From: Candidatus Marinacidobacterales bacterium
GTDB lineage: Bacteria; Acidobacteriota; Vicinamibacteria; Marinacidobacterales; DATDRI01
Reading direction: 5' to 3'
Length of the DNA: 64,000 nt
NCBI GenBank assembly: GCA_965219415.1
Contig: OZ244742.1
Location: 1,056,001 to 1,120,000 of the forward strand
A program made the translations under genes and the position numbers. Below the pieces are notes generated by a model. It made no database searches and had not been told where the DNA came from. It saw only the letters and a list, made by a program, of their open reading frames with translations. Shown one piece after another: positions 54,500-64,000 of this stretch (position 1 is the first letter of the stretch; each line of letters begins with the position of its first letter).

Positions 54500-56173
54500 A
54501 TGAATACGAATCTGATAGTCACTGGCTTCTTGTTACTCACAGTGGTTAACAATGCTTTCGCACAGCAACATGCTGACATCGTTTACAAGAGCGGGAAAAT
54601 CTATACCGTAAACTATAGACTTCCTTGGGCACAGTCCGTTGCGATCAAAAGTGACCGCTTTCTGTATGTCGGCACGGATAAGGACGTCGCATCATATATT
54701 GGTCCAAAAACGCGCATCGTTGATCTAAAAGGTAAGATGGCAATGCCTGGTATTCACGATGCACACCAGCATTTTGGGGTGCCGGTGCGTGAAATTGGGG
54801 GCAATTGTAGGCTGCGACCCGCCAGTTATGCTGACCCTGCTGCTGGCACTGTAGACCAAATTATTGAAGGCCTAAAACTTTGCCAGGAACAGGGTCATAC
54901 CCGAGGCGAATGGATTGTGGGCTTTGTCTACCGCGGAGGCTCGTTTCCCGGTGGCCAGGTGCACCGGCGTTATATCGATGCCGCATTTCCTGATACACCG
55001 GTTTATATTCGCGCATGGGCCCACGGTGGACTTGCCAATAGCAAGGCACTCGAGGTCGCCGGAATCGATCGGAATACGCCCGATCCCGACAGCGGACAAA
55101 TAGTGCGCGATGAAAAAGGTGAGCCTACCGGTGAACTATTGCGTGGAGCTACCTCGCTGGTAGTGAAAAATATACCACCTTTACCTTCGGAAGCGCTCCG
55201 CGATGCGGTGCTGCGAACGGCAAGACTCTGTCATCAATTTGGTATTACCTCAGCGCAGGACGCTGCATCGAGTGAAGCTCTGTTGAGCGAAATCAAGAAA
55301 CTGGATGAGCAGGGGCAGTGGGCTTTGCGCGTGACGACCCATCTCCGCGTAAACCGGCCGGGAAGGAGTCATCTGCCCCCTGCCGAGATGGAGCGTGTCA
55401 CGGCAAGTTACAAATCACCGCGTTTGGATACGGATGCCGTTAAGATTTTTGTGGACGGCTCTCCACTACAGCCACATAACGCCGATGTGGATATAGATGC
55501 TGCCGGAAACATCCCTGTTGAACGTTTGCGCCAGAGCCCGGAGACATTAAACAGATTGGTGACGGATTTCGACAGAATGGGGATTAAGGTGAAGATGCAC
55601 GCCGTCGGCACCGCTGCCACGCGGACGGCAGTGAATGCCATCGCCGCGGCACGCGAGGCAAATGGGGACTCTGGTATATACCACGAGATCACCCATAGTA
55701 TTCGCTATAAAGCGGTGGATATTCCCCGACTAAGTAAGCTCAATGCCGTCGCGGAAATGTCACCGGGAATCTGGCAAATTAGAGGTGCGCTCACTGCCAA
55801 TCTGCTCACAGCCTATCTGCCCAAGGCCTACCAATTCAGGACTGTGCTCGATCACAATACCCTGATGACTATCGGTAGCGATTGGGCGATATTGCCCGAA
55901 CCGAATCTCTTTCCAGCACTTTCTGGTCTAGTCGATCACGGTGACGAGTCAATCAACCTGCATGAAGCTATCAAGGCAATGACGTTGAATGGTGCTATCG
56001 CTATGGGTAAACAGAAAACCTATGGTTCCATTGAAGTGGGGAAATCTGCCGATATGATTGTGCTCGATCGCAATCTGTTCGAAATACCACCGGCGCAAAT
56101 AGCAGACACCCTCGTCCTAGAAACCGTATTCGAAGGCCAAGTTGTATATCAGGCTGAACAATATGAACAATAG
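54500..56173 (+). CDS. secreted amidohydrolase (Amidohydro_3/YtcJ-like), paralog 1
   Basis: PGIHDAHQH, ANSKAL, KIFVDG, HAVG, GSDW. Confidence 0.92.
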   Translation: MNTNLIVTGFLLLTVVNNAFAQQHADIVYKSGKIYTVNYRLPWAQSVAIKSDRFLYVGTDKDVASYIGPKTRIVDLKGKMAMPGIHDAHQHFGVPVREIGGNCRLRPASYADPAAGTVDQIIEGLKLCQEQGHTRGEWIVGFVYRGGSFPGGQVHRRYIDAAFPDTPVYIRAWAHGGLANSKALEVAGIDRNTPDPDSGQIVRDEKGEPTGELLRGATSLVVKNIPPLPSEALRDAVLRTARLCHQFGITSAQDAASSEALLSEIKKLDEQGQWALRVTTHLRVNRPGRSHLPPAEMERVTASYKSPRLDTDAVKIFVDGSPLQPHNADVDIDAAGNIPVERLRQSPETLNRLVTDFDRMGIKVKMHAVGTAATRTAVNAIAAAREANGDSGIYHEITHSIRYKAVDIPRLSKLNAVAEMSPGIWQIRGALTANLLTAYLPKAYQFRTVLDHNTLMTIGSDWAILPEPNLFPALSGLVDHGDESINLHEAIKAMTLNGAIAMGKQKTYGSIEVGKSADMIVLDRNLFEIPPAQIADTLVLETVFEGQVVYQAEQYEQ

Positions 56174-56352
56174 GCCTGCCGGGATATCTTGCTTCCGCTC
56201 GTAGGCCCTGATTGTGATGTGTCGTCGATCAGGTATTCCTGGTTTACGCCCGACGAGCTTCAAGATCGACTTCAGGATCGACCAGAACAGCCGTTGACGA
56301 ACCTGCGGGCGCGAGCGAACGGAGAGTCGCGGGCCCTGAGAAGGACCAAAAA

Positions 56353-57990
56353 ATGAATACAAATCTGATAATCTTTGGATTCTTGCTACTCACAGTGGTT
56401 GACAGTGCATTCGTACAGCAAGATGCTGACGTCGTTTACAAAAACGGAAAAATCTATACCGTAAATGCACGTCTTCCTTGGGCACAGTCCGTTGCAATCA
56501 AGAGTGATCTCTTTCTGTATGTAGGCAAGGATGAAGATATCGGAGCGTTTGTTGGCCCAGAAACGCGAATCGTTGATCTAAAGGGCAGAATGGCAATGCC
56601 TGGTCTTCACGATGCGCATCAGCATCTGTTAAAGGCACAGATGCGTGAAATCGATTGTAAGCTGCCGCCCAACAGCAACGTAGAGCAGATTGTCGAAGGC
56701 CTGAAACTTTGCCAGGACCAGGGTTATACCCGGGGCGAATGGATTGTGGCCTTTGTCTACCGTGGCGATTTGTTTCCCGGTGGCAAGGCGCACCGGCGTC
56801 ATATCGACGCCGCATTTCCTGACACACCGGTCTATATTCGCGAATGGTCCTTCCATCATGGACTAGCCAATAGCAAGGCACTGGAAATCGCCGGAATCGA
56901 TCGAGACACGCCCGATCCCGACAGAGGAAAAATTTTGCCCGATGAGATGGGTGAGCCTACTGGTGAACTACTGTCCAAAGCTACTTGGCTGGTGATGCAG
57001 TACATACCACCTTTACCTTCCGAAACGGTTCGGGATGCGGTGTTGCGAACGGCGAAACTCTGCAATCAACTTGGTATTACCTCAGCGCAGGACGCTGCAT
57101 CGAATGAAGCTTTGTTAGTCGAGATCAAAAAACTGGACGAGCAAGGGAAATGGCCTTTGCGCGTGACCACTCACCTCGTTGTAAACCACCCGGGAAGTAG
57201 CAACATGTCCCCCGCCGATATGGAGCGCGTCATTAGAGACCGGGCACGTCACAAATCACCGCATCTAGATACGGACGCCGTCAAGATCTATGTTGACGGC
57301 TCTCCACTACAGCCACACGCTACCGATGTGAATATGGATGCTGATGGAAATATTCCTGTTGAACGTTTGTACGACAGCCCGGAAACATTGAACAGATTGG
57401 TGACGCGTTTCGACAAGATGGGGCTCAAGGTAAAGATGCACGCTGTCGGTACTGGTGCTACGCGGACGGCATTGAATGCCATCGCCACGGCCCGCAAGGC
57501 AAATGGGGACTCCCGCATACCACACGACATTGCCCATAGTCTTCGGTACGAATCCGTGGACTTTCCCCGGCTAAGTGAGCTCAATGCCGTCACGGAAATG
57601 TCACCCGCAATCTGGCAAATTAAAGGTCCACTCACAGCCAATCTGGCGGGGGCCTGGCAGTTCAGAAGTTTACTCGACCACGATACCCTGATAACCATCG
57701 GTAGTGACTGGGTGGTGTTGCCCGAACCGAATCTCTTTCCAGCACTTTCTGGTTTACTCGATCACGGTGACGAATCCATCGACCTGCACGAAGCTATCAG
57801 GGCACTGACGTTGAATGGCGCGATCTCTATGGGCAAGCAGAAAACCCATGGTTCCATTGAAGTGGGGAAAATTGCCGATATGATTGTGCTCGATCGCAAT
57901 CTGTTTGAAATACCTCCGGCGGAAATAGCAGACACTCAAGTCCTAGAAACGGTATTCGAAGGCCGAGTTGTCTATGAGGCTGAACAGTAG
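56353..57990 (+). CDS. secreted amidohydrolase (Amidohydro_3/YtcJ-like), paralog 2
   Basis: PGLHDAHQH, ANSKAL, KIYVDG, HAVG, GSDW. Confidence 0.92.
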   Translation: MNTNLIIFGFLLLTVVDSAFVQQDADVVYKNGKIYTVNARLPWAQSVAIKSDLFLYVGKDEDIGAFVGPETRIVDLKGRMAMPGLHDAHQHLLKAQMREIDCKLPPNSNVEQIVEGLKLCQDQGYTRGEWIVAFVYRGDLFPGGKAHRRHIDAAFPDTPVYIREWSFHHGLANSKALEIAGIDRDTPDPDRGKILPDEMGEPTGELLSKATWLVMQYIPPLPSETVRDAVLRTAKLCNQLGITSAQDAASNEALLVEIKKLDEQGKWPLRVTTHLVVNHPGSSNMSPADMERVIRDRARHKSPHLDTDAVKIYVDGSPLQPHATDVNMDADGNIPVERLYDSPETLNRLVTRFDKMGLKVKMHAVGTGATRTALNAIATARKANGDSRIPHDIAHSLRYESVDFPRLSELNAVTEMSPAIWQIKGPLTANLAGAWQFRSLLDHDTLITIGSDWVVLPEPNLFPALSGLLDHGDESIDLHEAIRALTLNGAISMGKQKTHGSIEVGKIADMIVLDRNLFEIPPAEIADTQVLETVFEGRVVYEAEQ

Positions 57991-57996
57991 GTCCAA

Positions 57997-58398
57997 ATGA
58001 AAAACACCATCAAATATCTGATTAGCTTATCAATAATAGGGTGCGCCTTTATTCAGAGTCCGGTCCTTCTTGCATCCGATGCCAAACCGATCATTCAAGT
58101 CCAGACGATCGATACCCATGGCAATACGGCCGAGTACTTGCGTCTCGTCAAGGCTGTCATTGAGCGACAGAATGAAGTCATTCCGGACCTGCCGACAAAG
58201 ATCTACCGCGCCGATTGGGCTGGTCCCAACGCGGGCTTGGTCTACGTCGTTGTTGAGTTCAAGGGGCTTGCCCATATGGAGGAAGCGATCGCCGAGCTCG
58301 GCGCTGACGCCGAGTGGAAGCGTAGAGTCGCGGAGATGGCTGAGAAGACCGGCCGAACGATTGTGTCGAGCTCGTTGCTGCGCGACGTCACGCCGTAA
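57997..58398 (+). CDS. secreted hypothetical protein (NIPSNAP-like fold possible)
   Basis: Signal peptide; AGP.AG.VYVVVEF..L...E....L.AD.EW. Confidence 0.65.
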   Translation: MKNTIKYLISLSIIGCAFIQSPVLLASDAKPIIQVQTIDTHGNTAEYLRLVKAVIERQNEVIPDLPTKIYRADWAGPNAGLVYVVVEFKGLAHMEEAIAELGADAEWKRRVAEMAEKTGRTIVSSSLLRDVTP

Positions 58399-58419
58399 GG
58401 TCATCTGGAGGGTGAACCC

Positions 58420-59838
58420 ATGAGCCTTGACTGGGACAAAGTCAAAGAAATCGACGAGAAGTACTACCTGCACATTGGGCAGTCTAACCGCGAATACCAC
58501 CACGTCCCGGTCGCCTCCACGGATGGTCGTCACTTGATCATGCCTGACGGGACGAAGTTGCTCGACTTTCGAAGCCAGCTCATCTGCACCAACATGGGAC
58601 AGCGTCATCCGAAGATCCAAGAGGCCATCAAGGAAGCCCTGGATCGGTTCGGTTTTGTGTACGAGTCCTACTGCACCGACTACCGTGCCGAGGCGACCCA
58701 GATCATTATGGAGGATATCCTGGGACCGGATGACTGGGCGGGCCGGCTTCGTTTTCTCAACACCGGTTCAGAAGCTGTGGAAGCGTCCATCATATTGGCC
58801 AAGATCATCACTAATCGACCCAACATCGTAAAGCGGAGCTTCGCCTACCACGGTTGGACCGAAGGTGCACGTTACGCCTCAGGAATTCTGGGCGTTGCCA
58901 CCGGCTCGGCATCGGACTCCGATCCAAAATCTATTCGCAGCTCGCCGACAGAATCGACGACCGGTTACTACACGGTGCCCGCTCCCTATTGCTACCGCTG
59001 CCCGCTTGGGCTCGAGTACCCGACGTGCAAGACCTCGGACGGTACACTAGGCTGCGTGAAGACGACGGAGGACATCGTCAAGACGATGGGTCCTGAATCG
59101 ATCGCTGCGATCATCACCGAAGTCGTCTTCGGCGGCGGCGCCATCCATCCCCCCGAGGAGTACACCCCTCAGGTCCGCAAGATGTGCAAGGAGCTAGGCA
59201 TTCTGTGGATCGACGACGAGATCATGTGTGGGTTCGGCCGGCTCGGCGAGTGGTTCGGATACCAGAAGTCCGACGGCGTGACGCCGGACATTATGCCGTT
59301 CGCCAAAGGCGTCGGCAGCTCCGCCCTCCCTGCCTCCGGGGTCGTGGTGAGTAACGAGATCGCCGAGTACTTCGATACGAACCGTTGGTGGACGGTGAGC
59401 ACTTATGCTGCGCACCCGGTGGTGATGGCCGCGGTGGTCGCGAACCTGAAGGTAATGGTCGAGGAAAACGCGCCCCAGATGGCAGCAGAAACCGGAGAGT
59501 ACTTCGGCCGCCAACTCCGCCAACTCCAGGAGAATCACAAGTGCGTCGGCTTGGTAACCGGCTCCGGGCTTCTCTGGGCGGCCGAGATCGTCAAGAACCG
59601 AGAGACTCGGGAACCATTCGTCAAGGACGACAGGTACTTCCGAATGGCGGGTGACGTTTCCGGCAACCCGAACATGATCATCGCGGGGAAGTGTTTCGAA
59701 AAGGGGGTCCTGGTCGGGGATGTATTGCCCAACACACTGCGCCTGGGACCGAGCTTCAATATTACTCGCGACGAGATCGACTATGGCATCGAAGCCATCG
59801 ACGAGGGTCTGAAAGCCGTCGACGAATTGTGCGACTAG
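58420..59838 (+). CDS. class III PLP aminotransferase
   Basis: GSEAVE, AYHG, DEIMCGFGRLG, PDIMPFAKG. Confidence 0.95.
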   Translation: MSLDWDKVKEIDEKYYLHIGQSNREYHHVPVASTDGRHLIMPDGTKLLDFRSQLICTNMGQRHPKIQEAIKEALDRFGFVYESYCTDYRAEATQIIMEDILGPDDWAGRLRFLNTGSEAVEASIILAKIITNRPNIVKRSFAYHGWTEGARYASGILGVATGSASDSDPKSIRSSPTESTTGYYTVPAPYCYRCPLGLEYPTCKTSDGTLGCVKTTEDIVKTMGPESIAAIITEVVFGGGAIHPPEEYTPQVRKMCKELGILWIDDEIMCGFGRLGEWFGYQKSDGVTPDIMPFAKGVGSSALPASGVVVSNEIAEYFDTNRWWTVSTYAAHPVVMAAVVANLKVMVEENAPQMAAETGEYFGRQLRQLQENHKCVGLVTGSGLLWAAEIVKNRETREPFVKDDRYFRMAGDVSGNPNMIIAGKCFEKGVLVGDVLPNTLRLGPSFNITRDEIDYGIEAIDEGLKAVDELCD

Positions 59839-59881
59839 TTCGCGAGGCCGCTTGATGCCCGCGCGATGAGGACAGCCCTGA

Positions 59882-59955
59882 GCTCACGCGCAGCGGCGAG
59901 CGAAGCGAGACCGCGAAGCGTGCAGCGAGTGGGGGTGGGGCCCCACGAGCGCTAA
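59882..59955. repeat. REP-like palindrome
   Basis: GTGGGGGTGGGGCCCCAC; same core inverted at 50219-50236. Confidence 0.65.
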
Positions 59956-59970
59956 TTGATGGAGGACAAC

Positions 59971-61482
59971 ATGTCGACTTTGAAAGAACTCACTCCCACC
60001 GTACGTAAAGGACAGCTGCTCATCGATGGCGAGTGGCGTGATTCTGTCACCGGGAAGACCTTCGAATCCGTCGATCCCGCAACGGGTGAGGTCATCGGTG
60101 TCGTTGCCGAGGGGAGCCGCGAGGACGTCGATCTGGCGGTCAAAGCGGCGAGACGTGCTTTCGATGATCGTCACTCGCCTTGGCGAGCCATGAGCGCGTC
60201 GGATCGCGGTCGCCTGCTCCATCGCATCGCCGCCGGCATCGCGGCGCGTAAGGATGAGTTAGCCCTTCTCGAAACCAGCGATAACGGCAAGGTGATCTTC
60301 GAGAGCTCCAGCTTGGACGTCCCGTTTGCCGTCGATTGCTTCGAGTACTACGCGGGGCTCGCCAATAAGATCTTCGGGGAGACGATCCCCGTCCCCAAGC
60401 CGTTCTTTACTTATACACTCCGGGAGCCGGTGGGCGTGTGTGCCCAGATCGTACCCTGGAACTTTCCCCTCGTGATGTCGGCATGGAAGATCGCGCCCGC
60501 TCTCGCTTGTGGCAACACGGTGGTGCTCAAGCCTGCGGAGTGGACCCCTCTCACTGCTCTAGTCTTGGGAGAAATCCTGCAGGAAGCGGGTGTCCCGCCC
60601 GGCGTGGTCAACATCGTAACCGGGTTCGGAGATGCGTCCACCGGCGAGTTCCTGGCTTCTCACCCGGAGATCGACAAGATCGCCTTCACCGGAGAGACGG
60701 TCACCGGGAAGAAGATCATGAAAATGGCTGCCGACGGATTGAAGCGGGTCTCTCTGGAGCTCGGGGGAAAGAGCCCGTGTATCGTTCTCGACGATGCGGA
60801 CGTCGAACGGGCGGTCGAGACCTCCCTTCCTGGCTTGATGATCTGCCAGGGGCAGCAATGCGCGGGGGCGAGCCGGCTACTCGTCCAGAAATCGATCCAC
60901 GAGCCCTTCATGGAAAGATACGTTGAACGGGCCCGACAATTGCGCGTCGGCGACCCCAAGGATCCCCAGACGCAGATAGGTGCCATCGCGAGCGCCGAGC
61001 AGATGAAGAAAGTGAAGGGCTATATCGACCTCGGGAAACAGGAAGGCGCTCGTTTGGCTTGTGGCGGTGGAACTCCGGAGGGAGCGCCCGACAAGGGACT
61101 CTTCCTCGAGCCCACTGTTTTCGACGAAGTCGAGAACAAGATGCGTATCGCGCAGGAAGAGATCTTTGGTCCCGTGGTGTCCATCATCGAGTTCGATGGC
61201 ATCGATGAAGGAATCGCCCTCGCCAACGACGTGAGCTATGGGCTGGCCTCCGCCATCTACACCAACGACATTCGAAAGACCCACTACTTCGTGGAGAACC
61301 TGCGTGCCGGCACCATTTGGGTAAATACGTACGGGCGTTTGTTCCATGAGGCGCCTTTCGGGGGCTATAAGGCGAGTGGTTTGGGCCGCGAGCTCGGCAC
61401 GCACGCCATCGACCTTTACACCGAAGTCAAGACGGTCCACATGGACACGAGCTCCGAACCGCCCTTACGTTGGTTCGGCTGA
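59971..61482 (+). CDS. aldehyde dehydrogenase
   Basis: PWNFP, FTGET..GK, LELGGKSP, GQQC, EEIFGPV, PFGGYK.SG. Confidence 0.97.
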   Translation: MSTLKELTPTVRKGQLLIDGEWRDSVTGKTFESVDPATGEVIGVVAEGSREDVDLAVKAARRAFDDRHSPWRAMSASDRGRLLHRIAAGIAARKDELALLETSDNGKVIFESSSLDVPFAVDCFEYYAGLANKIFGETIPVPKPFFTYTLREPVGVCAQIVPWNFPLVMSAWKIAPALACGNTVVLKPAEWTPLTALVLGEILQEAGVPPGVVNIVTGFGDASTGEFLASHPEIDKIAFTGETVTGKKIMKMAADGLKRVSLELGGKSPCIVLDDADVERAVETSLPGLMICQGQQCAGASRLLVQKSIHEPFMERYVERARQLRVGDPKDPQTQIGAIASAEQMKKVKGYIDLGKQEGARLACGGGTPEGAPDKGLFLEPTVFDEVENKMRIAQEEIFGPVVSIIEFDGIDEGIALANDVSYGLASAIYTNDIRKTHYFVENLRAGTIWVNTYGRLFHEAPFGGYKASGLGRELGTHAIDLYTEVKTVHMDTSSEPPLRWFG

Positions 61483-61508
61483 CGATTCTCTACAACACGA
61501 ATGAAGCC

Positions 61509-62897
61509 GTGAGCGACTCCCCCACCGTCTCCACTCTCCGGCGCGGCGTGGGGTTTCACACCGCGCTGGCCACTTCTCTCGGCATCGTCGTCGCCTCGCT
61601 CACCATCGTTTCACTCAACCAGGGTTACGGCTTGGCGGGGCACCGGTTCACCTGGGCCGTGCTCATTGCCTACCTCATCATGATCTGCAACGCGCTCTCG
61701 TTCGCGGAGCTGAGCGCACTCGTTCCGCGCGCGAGCGGCATCAGCTCGTACACGTTACCCGCACTCGGTCCCTTCATGGCGATCATCGCCACGTTGTCTG
61801 GTTACGTTCTCGTGAACTTGCTGGCAGGGGGGGCGGAGGTTCTGGTTGGCGCTTTCGTGCTACACGACGTGTTGGGCATCGAAGTATCGGCCCGCGCGAT
61901 TGCCGTATTCGCGATCGCGGCGCTGACCGTCGTCAATTTCCTGGGGATCAAAGTCTACGGTGAGGTGCAGATCGTGCTTGCTTATTTCATGATCGCCTCT
62001 CTCGCGGTGATCGGCGCTATTGGAGTCTTGGAGCCGGCCACGGTTTCCACCGCGTCCACCGCGACGACGGATCCTGGAAGCCTTCTGAGTCTGGTCGCGC
62101 TCGCCATCTGGCTCTTCATCGGTGTGGACTACGTGTGTCCACTGGCCGAGGAGATGACCAATCCGCAACGAAACGTTCCTCTCGCCATGTTATCGGCTCT
62201 CACCATCATCTTGGTGGCCAGCCTCCTCTTCGGGCTGGCCGGCGCGCGACACGTAGCTCCGCAAGTGCTCGTCGATTCCCGCACCCCCCACGTCACCACC
62301 GCCCAGGCGGTCCTCGGGCCTTCGGGTGCATACTGGGTCGCCTTCATCAGCATCGCCGCGAGTGGTTCCACTCTCAACACCATCATTGCGGCCATTCCCC
62401 GGCTTCTTTTCGGGCTTGCACGTCAGGGTGCGGCACCGGCGGTGTTCGCCCGGCTCCATCCTCGGTTTCGAACGCCGTATGTGGGTATCTTCACGGTGGG
62501 TGGCGTGCTCCTCGCCACGGTGGCGTTCGGTCTGAGCTCCAAGGAAGGCATCGTTGTTTTTATTTTAGCGGCGACATTCTCTTATCTCATCACTTACGCT
62601 ACCGCGCACGTCGACGTCATGGTGCTGCGCGCCCGTTACCCCGAGGCAAAGCGACCGTTTCGCACGCCCTTGTTCCCCCTGCCCCAGCTTGTGGGCCTGG
62701 TCGGGGTTTTCTACCTGTTGACGAACATTTCTCCCGAGCCATCAATGACCGCGAGCGTGTACTTGCTCGGTGGTGGAATGGTCGCCGTGACCGCGCTTTA
62801 TGCCGCGCTTTGGATTCGCTTTCGCATGAAGCGTCCGCTTTTCGCGCCCGAGCCCTTGCAGCAAGACCTGCCCGACGAGAACAAAAAGGAGGGTTAA
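61509..62897 (+). CDS. APC family amino acid/polyamine permease
   Basis: FAEL...VP, AEE..NP.RNVP, RLHPRFRTP, RPFRTP. Confidence 0.9.
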   Translation: MSDSPTVSTLRRGVGFHTALATSLGIVVASLTIVSLNQGYGLAGHRFTWAVLIAYLIMICNALSFAELSALVPRASGISSYTLPALGPFMAIIATLSGYVLVNLLAGGAEVLVGAFVLHDVLGIEVSARAIAVFAIAALTVVNFLGIKVYGEVQIVLAYFMIASLAVIGAIGVLEPATVSTASTATTDPGSLLSLVALAIWLFIGVDYVCPLAEEMTNPQRNVPLAMLSALTIILVASLLFGLAGARHVAPQVLVDSRTPHVTTAQAVLGPSGAYWVAFISIAASGSTLNTIIAAIPRLLFGLARQGAAPAVFARLHPRFRTPYVGIFTVGGVLLATVAFGLSSKEGIVVFILAATFSYLITYATAHVDVMVLRARYPEAKRPFRTPLFPLPQLVGLVGVFYLLTNISPEPSMTASVYLLGGGMVAVTALYAALWIRFRMKRPLFAPEPLQQDLPDENKKEG

Positions 62898-62948
62898 TCA
62901 CATGCCGGACACACCTCCCAGCAAGATCTGGCACCAAAGCATCATCAG

Positions 62949-63124
62949 ATGGCAACAAAGTGCTGTACGGGGCGCTCAATATTGGCGTGTCGAATTCAGA
63001 CAAAGGCGACACGGAGGCCCTCCTCGAAACAACATTCGCTGAGCTTCACCCCGAAGTCTCTCCGGACGGCCGTTGGCTTGCTTCCACGTCCGAAGAGAGC
63101 GGACCCAGGGAAGTCTGCGACTGA
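62949..63124 (+). pseudogene. fragment of PD40/TolB-like beta-propeller repeat
   Basis: LLETTFAE..PEVSPDGRWLA.TS.ESG..EV, cut at the 15-bp repeat. Confidence 0.6.
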
Positions 63125-63827
63125 TTTGAATGGCGGATGGTGCAGTTCGGAGCTATCCGGTCTCGGTAAAAGGTATTTATAGAGTTTATAGAGTGTTACG
63201 TCGCGCTTTCGCCGCGCGCGTGGTGGGGCAATGTAGCGAAAACTCAGAGAAGCCCTGGTGCCCACGTCGTTCTATCCTCTTGTACTACAGTGATTTAAAG
63301 CCATCCGTCACGTGCTGGTCCCCGCACGCCTCATCGACGGGGGGTCGTTCGAGTTTATTTGCGAATTGACATTAAATTCGATTTTCTAAACGGCAATCTC
63401 AACCTCCTTGACGCCTGTAAGAGGGCCGTGTTGTAAACCCTCCGACGGAGGCTCTGCTCGTAAATCATTGTAGTGAAAAGCTCTTACGCCTCATCAATGG
63501 ACGCGTCGCCGACGGGAACACCTTTCCGACTATCGCAGTCGTAAGGCTCAAGTGGGGGCAAGTGGAGCTATTCGGGTCTTGGCAGCAAACAAGCAGTAAC
63601 GGTGCAAAACAGGTCATCAAAATGCAATTGGAGGCCATTTCGGAGCTGCATCGAGCGCTAATCGCTCAGTTAATGGGAAAACGCCGTCGTGTCCAAAAAC
63701 ATAAACGAACTCAAAACCCGCACGCCGCCGATGTCATCATCAGTAAGGGGCGATGCCGTTCGCCGACTGATGGAGACCAAGAGCGAGCGTGGCAGCCGCC
63801 GCGGGTTCGCTTACAGCGTGGTCTACC

Positions 63828-64000
63828 TTAAAGCGTTGCGATGAGGGCGCGCTGTTTCTCCCAATCGTCGGGGAGTGGATGATGCAAGAGGTAGCTCGAG
63901 GTCAGCCCAACGGGCTGACGGCCTTCGACAATGGCACGGACGATGTCGGGAGCCAGGAATGCATAACGGATTGCCTTGCGCACGCGGTCCGTTGGGATGG
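63828..64000 (-). CDS. C-terminus of probable large serine recombinase (runs off right edge; not in ORF track)
   Basis: AIRYAFLAPDIVRAIVEGRQPVGLTSSYLLHHPLPDDWEKQRALIATL* matches the FLAPDI..I..GRQP...LP..W..QR tail. Confidence 0.7.
   Translation of the reverse strand, partial: IPTDRVRKAIRYAFLAPDIVRAIVEGRQPVGLTSSYLLHHPLPDDWEKQRALIATL

Larger units (their letters stand above)
50166..63136. mobile_element. putative genomic island bounded by a 15-bp direct repeat
   Basis: TGATTTGAATGGCGG at 50166-50180 and 63122-63136; tRNA remnant at left end; truncated gene at right end; no integrase seen inside. Confidence 0.6.

Noticed and set aside
63562-63831. 89-aa plus-strand ORF
   Set aside because: No recognisable motif and atypical composition; not enough support

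Overview
GC-rich bacterial DNA, most likely Acidobacteriota (three ADOP-type permeases, an acidobacterial VWA protein, GGGGGTGGGGCCCC-type REPs). The taxon is an inference. The most interesting observation is an archease-rtcB operon on the minus strand (5882-7767). The ORF track splits rtcB in two, but both parts are in one frame, separated only by a TGA (7034-7036) at the metal-binding Cys of the DINCG motif. A hairpin with the E. coli fdhF-type SECIS core CAGGUCUG follows directly, so this is a candidate selenocysteine-containing RNA ligase. The operon is divergent from a CIRCE-controlled hsp20-groES-groEL operon. The window also holds six IS elements or derivatives (IS3 x2, a mini-IS3, ISL3, IS256 x2), four of them inside genes; a rearranged GH15/GGT segment; and a spermidine-dehydrogenase-like cluster with a CDGSH-cupin fusion. 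A ~13 kb amine/amide-catabolic island is bounded by a 15-bp direct repeat at a tRNA-Asp remnant, and the 3' end of a probable large serine recombinase gene lies at the right edge. Many single-base frameshifts look like homopolymer sequencing errors, so pseudogene calls based only on frameshifts are tentative.
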